A stretch of 64,000 nucleotides of DNA from Lingula anatina (Eukaryota > Animalia > Brachiopoda), in NCBI GenBank assembly GCA_051362555.1, contig CM120640.1, forward strand, positions 26,088,225 through 26,152,224, in the 5' to 3' direction. Position 1 is the stretch's first letter. Each line of letters starts with the position of its first letter. This document shows, one piece after another, positions 1 through 13,430 of the stretch. The translations under genes and the position numbers were made by a program. The notes under the pieces were generated by a model that was not told the origin of the DNA, did not search any database, and was given only the letters and a program-made list of their open reading frames with translations.

Positions 1-3000
1 GGAAAGGGCTCGTCAACATACTGGCTTATAGGGTGAGTGTTAGAAATAAATTTTAATATTCTTGGTGAGAAAGGCTCTATGTCTTCCAATTCTAATTTTG
101 AAATCCTGGCCTTTTAATAGAATTAAAGATATAACTAGAACTGTCAAGTAAAACCCCTTTTCTTAATATGTTATTTTAACCTTCCAGATGAACCTGTTCT
201 TCAAGGATGCCCTTACCTTGCTCCTGTCTATACAGCGCCCTACATTGTCCATTGAAAAACAACTGAAGCCACTCATTGACTTCTTCACTGACCATTTGAC
301 CTCCCTGGCACAGTGGCTTTACAGGGACTCCTTCAGGAAGTTTCTTGAAGTTCTGTGGCTCTTTCTTGCCAAGGATTTTAATGCTGAGGTGGAGAGCCTA
401 AAGTACACAAGCATGAACTCTGAGGCCATTGCAGAAGTCATGCTGCAGACCATAGCTGTAAGTCACTGTGGTGAATACGAGGTTGTGAGTTGTGATATAT
501 ACAGAATCATTAATAGTATATTATGGATTTAGGACATTTTATACATTGTGTTTGTGCTGTGAGGATATCATGGGAAGCTGGAATTCATATCAAATTTGAT
601 TTTGATATCAGTTTACAGCACCAACATAACTAAATTGTTCACTCAGCTTCATCTGTATTCTATAAGTAGCAAATACCCTTGGTAATTAGTTTGTAAAGTG
701 TGTCGTCTATTCAGTATCTATGTGCCAATATCTATGTTCACAATTTTGGATTTTTTTTATAGTTCTTCATAAAATATTTGAATGAAGATGACAGAGGATT
801 GGACCTAGACTTTCTGACCACGGAAGTGGTAAGTCGGCATTTGTTATTTTGTTCTTGAACAGATATACCAGCAATTGCAAAAAGGACATCTAAATATCTT
901 CTTAACTATTTCAGTTTTTTTTTCAGGGCACCTGGGACACAGCTGTTGTGCTTAAATTTTTTTTTTTTTCATTTTTTGTTTATTTATTTTTAGGAAAATG
1001 TGATTTTCAAGCTTCAGTTGTACACCACACCAACTGTAAGACTAATGAGACTTTACCTACAGCTGCAGGCAGAGGTAAAGAAATTATGTGATATGCTAAC
1101 TGCAAATGTATACTTTTTTCCATTTTATGAAAATTACTAATAATAAAAGAACCTAATGCACTGAGGTTAAATTCAAATACATAGTATAGTCTGTGTTGTT
1201 ATTGCTTTATTAGTTGGTAATTCCAAATATTCACCAAAGAGTAGGAAGAGTTAAGCCATACACATTTTAATTTGTTCAGTTCACATTCCTGTATTAAGTA
1301 AAATTTATTTCAGAGAATGCAGGATACTTATTCACAAACCCCAGGGTCAGAAGTTCCCAACAAGCTTTTCATTGCTCATATGCAGCATGATTTACATGCT
1401 ATACGCAAGTGTTTCAGTGGACAGGAACTTGTGGACTGGATTGTCACACATCCACAAGCTCTTCACCCAAAGAAGAAACAAAGCCAAGGTGGGTATGTCA
1501 CTGAAGGCACATTATAAAGAGACAAAAGAAAAGATTTTGACAGATATTCATTGAAATGTTATTGGAAAATTTGACATGTTTTATTAGTCTCCAAGTTCCA
1601 AGTGCTATTCTCATGCACAGGTGTCTTAAGTTGATTGAACAGGATTTGGTGCAAAAACAGCATTTAGCAAATTTTCCTGGACACTTTACTTTAAAGAATA
1701 ATCTTGAAAATTTTTGGATATTGTTTTTGAATGAATAATTTTTTTTCTTTGCTGGAAGTATAGAGAGATCAAAACAGGATCGAAATCTGTTTCATTGAGT
1801 GTTTCATGCCAATAATTTGTTCTTAATGCCTTAAATATAAATCGATATTTATATATATTTTTACATGAGATATTTTTCATCAGTCAGTGTGCTTTCATTC
1901 AGATTCCTCTGATAGCAATTACTCGGTGAGCTCTTCAACAGAAGAAAGTGAGTCAGAGGACATGGTGGCCAAAGCAGGGCACCTGGGACAGAAAATGCTG
2001 GAGAAAGGAGTCATTTGCAGCGTGGAGGAAGACATGTACAAAGCAGCAGGTATACTGTCTAGAGGGTTAATACATCTCTGTTGTCTCTTGTTGTTTCTGA
2101 ATGTTGTTACCTAATCGTCCTTAGACTTTTGGGATTGTGCATAAAGCTGATGTAAAGCCCACAGTTGTATATAGCAGACTTTGTAGACAGATGCGAATCC
2201 TTTTTTTAAAAAATAATTGTGTATATATCTAATACTTATTATTCCACATTAAAAAAAGTGGATTGATACACTTGTAAAAACTGGTTATTTATTTTTTAAC
2301 AGCACGGGGTCGTACATACAGTGATTTCTCCAATATACACAACCCATTTGGACAAGTAACTCTAGACAGTCGCCCAGCATCAACTTTCAACAAAAGAGCC
2401 TCAGACAACAGCAGCCGTACAAACAAACCCAGTACCTCCATGGGTGCAAATTCACAGGGCAAGTCCACCAGAAATCTGGACAATGGCACGGGCATTGCTG
2501 GCAGTGATGACAGTGACTCAGATGAAACTGTGAAAGATTCATCATCATCTGAAGATGAAGGTGCAGAATTTCCCCCTTCTAGCCAAGTTCCTAAGGAGAC
2601 CTTAGTTGGGGTAGAAGTCCATCATGGTGCCAGAGGTGGACACACCAGTGATAGCGGAATCCAGAGTGAAGGGGACTGCAGCAGACCTACCAGTGGAGTA
2701 GGCGCAGCCAAGCTTCATCACCTAGTGCTTCAAGACCAGATTCCAGAGTACCTGAATTCTGGAGATCATGCTGACACTCGGGGAGCAAGTCCAGCATTGA
2801 GTCAGAGAGACAAACTGGTGGAGAACATGGGTCCACAAGGCTCTGCCTTAGGGAGACACTCTGCCGAATCATTCAAGAGCAGTTTGAGCAGTCGCCCTGG
2901 TTCCTCAAGTACCAGTGACTTGCAGATTTTTCATGCATCTAAAAATCATTTTTACTGCTTCAGCAACATCTTTGACTCTATTACCATGGATGATTTTTGC

Positions 3001-3282
3001 GGCAGTTCTGAGATGGCTGAGGAAATTTTACTGTCTCTCTCAGAGGACTATGTGGTGGTGTCTGGAGCCAAAGATAACAAGCACAAGCACATTCCTAACT
3101 TGCTTCAAAAATGCAAGGATAAAAACGTCACATTGGAGTTCATAGTAGCTGTCTTGTATTCAAGACGCAAAAGGGATGTTTTTGCCCGAGATTTCCTGAA
3201 ACTCCATGTTCCAGTGGAACTTGTGGAAGGCATGGACAAACCGTTGGTAAAACCTTTTTTTGGATGTTTTGTTCCTGGATAA
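1..3282 (+). CDS. 3' part of a Munc13/BAIAP3-like MUN-domain protein with a split DEP domain (5' end outside the window)
   Basis: Phase-consistent GT-AG exons: <1-32, 188-457, 763-828, 994-1074, 1314-1488, 1903-2049, 2303-3282. MHD2-like motifs: LKPLIDFFTDHLTSLAQWL..FLEVLW, DRGLDLDFL, LQLYTTPTVRLM. DEP motifs: CFSGQELVDWI, LGQKMLEKGVI, FHASKNHFYCF. Munc13-type terminal helix: IVAVLYSRRKRDVFARDFLKL. AATAAA near 5101. Confidence 0.8.
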
Positions 3283-6231
3283 ATGATACTGTTTCCCTGA
3301 AAACACTTCAAAGTGGACATTTTTAAGGCATGGAATATACATATTTGAAAATATTGAAGGTGATTGAACTGACTTACACTAACAGACATTTGTATGATGT
3401 ATGCTTTTTTTTTTCATATGGATAGAATTTGGTCAAACTGAAGTGCAATACATTTGTAATTGTTTGCACAGACCTTCATAAGGACGTTGAGGTTTTAGCA
3501 GTATTGTCAAAATATTTTGATGCCTGTATTTACGTGTCGATTTTCAACAGAAGGGTACCATGTGTTAAAAATATTTGTAAAAATTCAGATCTGATTATAA
3601 TGACTTCCTTTTGATCTTATAATGCTTTCTTATTTTATTCTGTTAGACTATATGGCATCATCAAAACAATTTAAACACTTATTTCCCAGAATATTAGTTA
3701 TGTTTGAATTCATAAGAAATGTTTGAACAAAGACATTGAAGCAACTGCTACTGGATTACATGGCTTGAGAGATTGTAAATAATGCAGGTCTGATTTGAAG
3801 GTGCTTAAAATGTTTAAAAATCTTTTTTACAACACATTATTATGGCATTGTTTGTCTGTAAATTGTATTTTTCCGAATTGTCATTATACCCTGGCAATGC
3901 CAAAGTGGATATTGATGGAAATTACTGTCTGTGATATCTTTGTCTTGGGTTCAAGTTTACCAAGATAAAGAGCAAATTATCTTTGTGCAAGAGGAATGGA
4001 ATATATTTGATAAAGTGCAAATTATCTTTGAGCAAAAGGAATGGAATATATTTGATGTCTATAAACCTGAACTATGAACCTAACTCTCTTTTGAAGCATT
4101 TGTTGTATCGTTTGTTATAGTTGAACTGCATTAAAATGGAAAAGTTGTATTATGTAATTATTTTTAAAAAAAATAAAACTTTGGTACCTTGTAGTGCACA
4201 GAAGTATTAATCTAAGGCAGAGCACATGTAGAAGATGTAATGTGGGTGGGATGTAAAACTGTCGTCTGTCAAAATTTATTGGTGTCAGTTTAAAAGTAGA
4301 AGTTGTTGGTAAGCTTATTTACCGTACATTCCAGCACGATTCTGTGATAAATTATTATAGTCACATTTAACATCTTTACTTGCAAAGAGGATGTAATCAT
4401 ATTGAGCAATCTGGCAGGCGTACTTCCCTTATATTATCCTTGAACTTACATTTAACGTTAAAGTTTCACAGATATTAACAATATTTTTCCTGTAAGATGT
4501 TGGAAAAGATGTGCTAGTTGGATAAAGAAAGGAGTTTCCTTCATCTTCTGTTTTTCCAGAAATTCAGTGGCTTTTTAAGTGAGGGGCATGCTGGTTTACT
4601 GTGATATGATCATTTGTAATAAGTTTTCTGTATTTTGTGAAAGGTAATATGTTTAAGAGTCAACCGTAGGTTAACCACCTCAACTAGGTAAAAGAGCTAT
4701 TTCTGGAAAGCTTGCCAATTATGTCACTAAGTACAATGTTACGACTTTCTCATCGTTTTTTCCAGAGCGTAATATTAGCCAAAAGGTCTTAAATGTTCAT
4801 GTTATTAGCTTTAAAACATTTGCAAGTCAAATTGTATTATATTTATATTTTATTAATAACAGATGTTTTGTGCAGTAACTTATGTATCAGGGATAGATGT
4901 TTCAGTTTGCAACGAAATGTAGGTAGTAGAAGTATCAGATGGATTGAACTCCATCTGAAGTCAAAGTTAAATGTTCCTATTGTAAAATAATCGCAAAAAT
5001 TTGGCTGTTGTTCACCAAAGTACAAAAATTTATTTTGTTTATTGTATGCTTTACCTTATCATGTTCTGTATTCAGTTGGATAATTGATTGCTACGACTAA
5101 AATAAAACGGTTGTACAAACTGTAGCTAGTTTATCTGGTTGTCATTTTCTTTTTAAGGGCAGCAAAATAAGCAAGCACGTGTCAAGGAATGCTAAGAATA
5201 TTATTGTTTCACGGCAGTTTGCTTTTAAAGGAAGGGCTGTGTTCAACGAGAGCGTTGATTTCAAGTACACTTTATGCAATTTACAAACATACATACTATA
5301 AAAAATAAAAATAAGAGTTAATAAGTAGAAAGTAAATAAAGAAAAAAGAATTAAATATCAAGGAGCCAGCAAGTTCCAATCTTTCTTTCCTTAGCTCCTA
5401 TAATTTAAATGGATCGATGCAGAAAGCATTGCCTTTCGTAGTAAGCTTCATCATTATAACTTTCTAGGAAAGTTGGATATGACAATTTTGTAGTTTAGCT
5501 TCCCTTTGCTTTCAAAATTTTTATTTTTACATCTTTAATGGTTGGATAATATATTTCCTTTATGGAGCTACTTGGTAACGGTTTCAAATTTTATATAGGT
5601 ATTATTCCAAAGTAGTGGAGTTAATTCTAGTCGCTAAGCTGATATAGGACTCAAATGCAGTATACTTTAGAAGTGTTTATGATTCTTCCGTCAAAATATA
5701 TCTCAGTTTTAATGAAACAAGTCAATGTGGAAGTAAGGGCAGCACCCAGTCTAGTCAACCGAGTCTGTTTTCATCGCGCACAATAAATTATAGCTGGCAG
5801 ATAAAGATTTTTTTTAAACGTCAAACTGCTACACAGTTCATTGGATTCATCATAATGGTGAGAACATGCAAATAATTGCTTAATATGTCGACTGGCATTG
5901 AATGGAGACCAAGGAGCCTATCCGCCTTATCACTAACGCAAGGTAGCAGATAAAAATAGCGACCCCGTTATTCCAGTTCTCTTTAAAAAGTCAAGGTCGT
6001 TTTTATTCTACACTCAAAGGAAAGAGATTCATCGTTATTCCCACCACGAGAGTGTTATGAGTAATCATACAAATAATCTACGTGGTTTTGAGGACAGAGT
6101 TCATGGACTAACCAGACGACATCGGGAAACTGTTCGATGGTGCTATATGTTTTATCAGCATATGTAATAGTAATACGACTTCTTACGGTTTGTACTTACA
6201 GGATCTAAACCCACTGCTGCTGTGTTTTAAA

Positions 6232-9200
6232 ATGTCAGACTTATCGCACGTCAACGTTCAGAAATCCTTGCCTGCAGTGTTCATTGTACTGGCAGTATTA
6301 ACTTTTCCTTCATATAATACAGGTAACATATATCCGTTTTCACTCTAATCTGCTTGAATTAGAAAGTAGGGCCTACCATATATTTACACCAAGAAGTGAT
6401 CTGGGGCATTTTACTGTGCATGATTTGTGGGCCTCAAGTCTAGGGTTTTATTTTTTTAACTTTTGGGAGAAGACTGGGACTGACCTCCTTCGCCATTTAT
6501 TTATCTTTTTTGTTTGTTTATTTATTGATTAATCTATTTATTTTGAGCCCCTCACCCCTCCTTCCAAAAAGACTGTAGTCTGTTGGCAGTGTTGTATTGA
6601 AAAAGCTATACTTCATATAGCTCAGGTGTCCATTAACGGCATTATGCACTTAATACCATCCCTGATATTTGCGGTCGGGCAAATATATTATGGAAGTTGA
6701 CAGAAATCGTTAATCGCACCGTCTATGGAAGATATTAATTCTGCCAGTGTTATTATTGGCATTGTGTTCTCTATTCGTACATTGTACAAGATGTTTTGAA
6801 GTTAGGCACTCCCTCTACATTAACTAGAATGCCTCGATTTTTCGTCAACCTTCAATGTTAAAGGCGAATGATAAACATTAGTATCAAATGTCACCATATG
6901 AAATTGATAGTTTGGGATTAGATAAGAAATTCATTTATAAATGCATTAAGTAACAAACATGACACAATCGTTTTTGTTCGAGGAATTTTCAGTTTTTTTT
7001 AATATATATATATATACATATAAAAGTAATGAACATTTTTTCTTTCAGAAAGACAGAACCCGTCTCATCCTTTACCTCCCCTAAAATTTTAATAAGGGGA
7101 AAATAAAACTATAAAAAAAAAGATATTTGTCAGTCAGAGGTGACCTTTAAAATCATTCGGCCATTCCCTAAATCTAAATTACATGTACGAAGACGTGATA
7201 CGTTATTAAAAACCGACTAATTCAGGAGTGAAACTATTGGGGGACGCATATTTATGTAATGTCACACTAGTCTTCACGAAAGGTTTTGAAAAGGATATTT
7301 TTTTCTGGAATGCAAACATGGTTGGGCAACTTTCGTTTTTCTTGTAATCAGTGTCTTTCATTCCGTTACATGTACAGCATGATTGAGTAAGATGCATACA
7401 GATGAGGTAACAACATGAGATGCATAGCATTGGGTGTCTTTCTACTAGACTATTTATCACTAGTGATATGTGTTGGTTTGGGAAAATATGGATGTTGGAA
7501 TAAATAATTCAAGAATCAGAAAAGTTACTTCAAGTTTTCATACATTTATGACCGTGGTTTGAACTCTGTTGCTTTATGATACCGTAAATGTCTTATTAGT
7601 TTATATGAAGTATCCAACACATATAAACGTGAGCAATAGCCCTACTGTTTTCATCTGATCCATTTTGTCGCTAAAAAAAAATCAGTTTTAGGCACCCAAG
7701 AGTGCAGTTCTATCAACTGGTACCATTGGAACCGCACCTACAGCGCCGACTTCAGGGACTCTGCCCAGTGTTGTGCCCAGAGCATTGACAACTGGCTGGG
7801 GCTCTTCAGGCTGCAGGAGTACCAGCAGCGCGACAAGGCGCTTTCCTACATCGTGTTTGAGAACAGAACCTTTTGGGATCGAATATGCAGGTGACTGAAA
7901 CTGCACCTTCCAGATATTAAGCCATCCTCCCCACTCCCCCTAGCCTCTACAAAAATTGATTTTATCAGAAATTCTTTCTGTAAGATTTTATCATGTATTT
8001 GTTGCTCCTTTTTCTTTATTATTATTTTTTTTATTTATTTATTTATTTATTTATTTTTTGTCTTATCAAAACTGTTCATTCTTTTCCTTACTGAAACCAA
8101 TGATTCATTTATACTGTTTGAATCCTGGGTGTGTTGGATCACTTTGAGTGTTTTTGTAGTATTAGATTATCCCAAAATTCCTGCACGCTTTTTGCTTCCA
8201 CGGACAAATCGTTACAAAACAATGGCTTTAGGGACGTTAGCTTTGTAACCATATCATTTTCGCTCTATTTTATCCAGTAACAGATACAAGGGTTAGGCCC
8301 GTGTAAGCCAGTGTGCATTTATTTATTTCCCAAATGGAAAATCAAGTGCCCTGTCTATTGACTGACTCTGACAAGACCAGCAATTCTGCTTGAAATCTTA
8401 GATTTATCTTTTGTTGAAAAGGAAGCTTTCGGTTTGTTCAACACCGTTATCGTTCAGAATGATCAATACCTTACTTGCTGGAGACAGGAAGATGAACGCG
8501 ATTGCTTTTATTTTGTATTTACTGTTCAACATGTACACAGAGTCGGTCCTGCCACCGCCACCTTTCCCCCCGCCACCACCACTGGCTTGCTCTAGTGGCC
8601 GTCTTCTCACCATTCCTCGTGCGACACTTTTCAGGCAGTGGCTTGCCTCAGCTCGGTGTGTGCAGGCCCTTCAACCAAAGTGCAGCGTCCAGTGGGGGTC
8701 ACAATTTCTTCGCAACCGGAGTCACAGTCCGACTGCTTTCAGAGTTTTGACCCATGGGCAGTATGCCTTTTACGACAGAACCTGCGATGGCGACAGAGTT
8801 AGTCCTGCAGTGACCAAGTGTGAGTATATTAATATACCACTGTCATATAAAGCTTTACATAATTGTTTTTGTTCCATTTAGCAATTAAGGCATGTGAAGA
8901 TATTTCATTAAGATTGACTTTTCAATTTAGATATTCTGATGCGATATGTACATCCAGGGTTTTCGAATGGATCGAATGTTCTAAAGGATATAAGAAGTAC
9001 ATTAATTCCCACTCAAATAATACAAAGTTTTTGATTGTCTCCTTGGGATTATCTTAACAGACTGATGAGACTTATTTGTTCATTCCTTTTAAGTGTGTTT
9101 TCACAAAGACGTGCGGCGTTCCTGCCTGACAAACACTGAAGCCGAGCGTTTTAAGAACTGCACGGGTCTCACCATGACTGAAATTTATAATACACCCGGG

Positions 9201-11647
9201 AACTTCTACCAAGTTTATATGGAAAATAAAGAACGCTGGGATGGGTAGATAAATGCCTTATTTGTGTCGAGTTGATGATAGAATTATTTATAACAGTTTA
9301 CTCGGGTTTTGATTGTGCTACATGTCTCACATTAAAAAAAAGGATACCTACATGTTGATTTACGTGATTGGCATGCTTTTTCTGTTTTTTTTTTTTTTTT
9401 TTTCGACACGTGACAAGGCGTTTTTTTTTTTCAATTCAGTGTAATTTGCGTACTCCTGACTATATCATTTGTCTGTGAATATAACTGTCTGAAAATGACT
9501 GCCTTTCATGAATGTGTTTCAGATTGGCAAGGGCAGCGTTGCGGTGCATGCGAGACGTGATTAAATCCTCAAGTTGCGCTCAGCATTCTCAAGACTTTTT
9601 CTGGCACCTTGCCAAGCTCCAGCTGCCTGCGCTGTTCAACGTGTCCGTTTTAAATATAGAAGAATCCGTGAAAGATTCGCCTGAAGTAGTACGTATATAT
9701 TCAATTACGATACTCATGTTTTATACACAATTTTTTGTCCTTATTTAAGCTCCAAGGCCCATTTCTTATCTATATCAAATGCCAATTTGTAAGCTCAAGC
9801 TGTGGCACAGTATTCAGCAAGGTGTGTGCCGAGATTCGTCATGATGGGATGATGAAAATTTTAACAGTTTTAAAATGCCTTTTCTTTTCAGAACTTCGCC
9901 GACTTAAAACGCTGCACTGTTGGAGTGTACGGGGATCCCCACTTGCGCCTATGTGAGCAGAGAAGACTGGTCACGTGCTCAGCTCCAGGACGACAAGTGT
10001 TTCTAAGCAACCAGTTCGTGGAAATACAAGGCAGCAATGAGCTTGTCAACCAAAGCCATGACTCTAGAGCCACTACTTTGAAGTGGGTGAGTGGTTTTAG
10101 TGTTCATCTAGACTTTTGATGAAGGAAAGTGTGTCTAATAGGAAAAATAATGTAGTGTGGTATAATATTATCAGTACTTTTAGGATCGTTCACTTTTAGG
10201 TTGTGTGCACATTTTTGTTTGTTTTTAGTTAAGAATTACCATGAAAAGTTATGACGGCAAAACAATGCTGGCCACCTACACAGCATCGGGCGGGAAACTG
10301 CCAGAGACGTTTGACGATGGCAGCAGAACTGTCCTGGGACAAGGTAAAGGACAGTGGTGTTAACGTTATTATCACTAAATAATGTAATTGACAATGCCTT
10401 CAGTCATAAGCCAGTATTAGATATTTTCTTGATATGTAACCCTCTCTAAAGCAAGAAACACCGCCGCCCTTCTTTCATTTCTCCAAATTATCGTTTGCAA
10501 TTTTGAGTTGTCCTTCTTTATTGTCCAAGTTATATATTTAAATACTCTATGTCCAACAGTTTTTACATGTTGTCTAGCAAAGGTATACATTTCCAGGGAA
10601 GGACAAGATCATGCTGATGACTGGGTTTGTCACGAGGGTGGTGATATCTCAGTATGCTGTGGGCGTGGTTTACATGGTGAGACACTGGAAAGGGAACTAC
10701 TTTTTTAGTGTGCGCATGGCGGAAAACATGGTATGGGAATCATTTGGCCTTCTTGCCACTGGGTGCCCCAAGCAGGAATTCATAGGCCTCGGTGAGTGAA
10801 TTTGTAATGTTTAATAAATCCTTGTTCAAGCATACAATCACTTGACAAAAGTTATAACGACTCCGTATTGGTGAACTTTGTAAAAAAAGTTTTTAAATTA
10901 TTTTCATTGTTTGTTGTATCATAGGAATTCAAAGATAAAATTGTTTCAAAATATCAGAATTTTAAAATAATCTACCCTTTTTGTCGGCCTTGTTTTAGAC
11001 AAGTGGATTGGTCACTGGAAAAATGGCCTCACACGTTATGGACCGTCTAGAGTGCGAAGACAAATAAGAGTAACTAAGTGCACAGACGCCTGCAAAGATA
11101 TAAAGGACGAAGACTTCCAAAGGGCATGCAAGTTCGACTGTATCGTCACGGATGACCCTCAGGTGATGTGCACTAAGTCGTCTTTTTTCTTGGGCCTTTA
11201 AAATTAAAAAGATATTAATTCGTTAGAAACTGTCAATTATACGAGTAAAACTGACAATAGTTTAGACAATATGCCATGTCTTTGAATAATATGCCCTGTG
11301 TCTATACTTTTGCTTTTCTTTTACAACGAAAAGAAAATTTTTAAAAGTGACTTTCGATTGTACCACCATAATTATTCCATGTAAAAACTCGACAGGATGA
11401 TATATCTTTATTATCAGTCTCCACTTGAAATCATAGATTTGTTAAATATCAGGAGTTTGTCTTTTTATTTTTCTACAATTAGATTTCCACAATGACTCGA
11501 GTTGGCGTGACAGACGTGCGTGAAATAGTGCAGTCTGATCCTGAAGCAATCAAGATGGCTGTCAAAATTCATTCATCTGGGCGTTCTTCTAAATCCAGTG
11601 CATTGTGGATGCTGATGCTTTTTGTCATTTCCTTCAATACTCTTTGA
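6232..11647 (+). CDS. RGM (repulsive guidance molecule)-like, vWD/GDPH-containing, predicted GPI-anchored secreted protein, about 549 aa
   Basis: Exons 6232-6322, 7692-7890, 8596-8819, 9109-9244, 9523-9688, 9892-10086, 10229-10343, 10597-10791, 10999-11162, 11483-11647 join in frame (1650 nt). Signal peptide present. RGM-C-like motifs in order: YGDPHLR, ATTLKW, LPETFDDGS, YFFSVRM, GCP, ACKFDC. RVRR furin-type site. Hydrophobic C-terminus after SSG. AATAAA near 12201. Confidence 0.8.
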
Positions 11648-12642
11648 TTCTCTTTAGACTTATATCTAATCAGAAATGTAGCGACGTTTAATTTATTGCT
11701 ACTGTATCAGCTTAAGCATTTCATACGCCGTTAAAATGACGAATTTTTCCTTTTTTTTTCGAAAAGGATTCCTATTACAATTTAAGTTAAGGTTGTGTTT
11801 GTAGCGCATTGTGATGTCTTTCGATTAACGGTTGATTTTGGCCTTTTTAAAATACGTTCGTTTTGTTTATTAATGGACAGTTAAACACTATGTATGCCTA
11901 ACGATCCAGTGTAAGACTTTATAACCGTGTTTACGTTAGATAATAGAAGTCTACTTCTATGGTTAGATGTACGATGTCGTCTCAAGGTATAACATCTGAG
12001 CCTACATCGAATCACACATATCACTGGGATGTTAAAACAAAATGTTGTTTTGTAGTATATATCAAGGGCAAAATCTTTCCCTAGAATTAGGTGGTAACTG
12101 TCGTAGAAATTTTGCTATTTCAGACACTGTGTTTATTATGAAAGAATTATGCTGGTCGTAATTCTTGTTTCAACAGCTGATTGATATTTGTTTAAAACGG
12201 AATAAATTGTTTTTTTTTCTTCCAACATTGCCTTGGGATTTATTTCATGGTTTGAAAGAAGGCTATGATTTTATCATGTACATGATAATAGACTTACCAT
12301 CATTTTTATATAATTAATTAACAAAATTGTTAAGATGCTGAAAATGTCAAAAGAACATTTTTACGTATGTAATAAGTTCAATAATGAGACTGTTAACATG
12401 CCTAAGAATTGAATCTAAGGGATCACCACTTATATAGGCTACAAAAAAAAATATAATTTCATCAAAACTAAACAGATCAAGATAATTTTAACTTGATCTT
12501 CACATTAGTCCTAAATCAGTCCTGCAAGTTTTAAAGCAAAATACGACACGGTTTTTATGTTATTTGTGTGACGGTAGATAGAATATGCTCAAAGAGCAAA
12601 AAAAAAAAAAAAAACCTTTTGACAAAAGTGGGTCGATCAAAC

Positions 12643-12870
12643 TGATTTTCAAACTCGACCTGTATTTTATGAATATTCACCAGTTCTGAAAATTTGAAGA
12701 CAAAAGGTTAAATGATTTTCATTTAATGTGTACGAAGGTGGATAAAATATGCTGAAAAAAAGCGAAAAAAGGGCATGACTTTTGGGAAAATGTTTCAATC
12801 CAGTTGATTTTCGAAATTCGACCTGTACCTTACGAATACTCACCAGTTCTGTAAATTTGAAGACAAAAGG
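12643..12870. repeat. Two copies of an approximately 65-bp unit spaced about 160 bp apart, probably a transposon remnant
   Basis: tgattttc..cgacctgta..gaata.tcaccagttctg.aaatttgaagacaaaagg occurs at about 12643-12706 and about 12805-12870. Confidence 0.55.
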
Positions 12871-13430
12871 ATAAATAATTTTCCACTTATCGTTATAATA
12901 ACTGTGCACGGCGACGGCGACGAAGAACGCAGGTGACGGTTATATGTACAGATACAACAGTGTCTGTACAAAAGAAATATTTCTTTATAATTTAACTCTT
13001 TGGTGATTTGCTTTTCCTTATAAACGTTTCTTTTGCACGTTTAGTTCGTCGCGATGGCAACGTCTCTTTAGAATGCCCCCAAAAAAGTGTGCTGTAATGA
13101 GGTAGGTTACAGGAGACGCACTTAAAAAGCTGAATACCTGAATTATTTTGCCATATGATAAACTCGTTACCTGCTCCAAATTACCACACACCTTTTCACA
13201 ATTAACACTAGAGGTGGCGCCATTTTCCCAGCCACTTACGTACAAGTAAATATAGGGCACATAAATCTTTCAAGCAGATCTTGTGGCATATGGTGTTTTC
13301 AGTGAAACGTAACTGCTAGTTATTGCATATTTGCCCAAACCAAATTTTTCCAAAGATTACAGTGTTTGGATAATATAGCTGGAGGTGTCATCCTGCAACT
13401 ACTATTTGTGTGCGCTTACATCTTAACAGG

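Noticed and set aside
8411-8595. Signal-like and polyproline N-terminus of the 156-aa ORF
   Set aside because: It lies upstream of the acceptor at 8595. Only 8596-8819 fits the RGM-like exon chain, so this part is read as intron.
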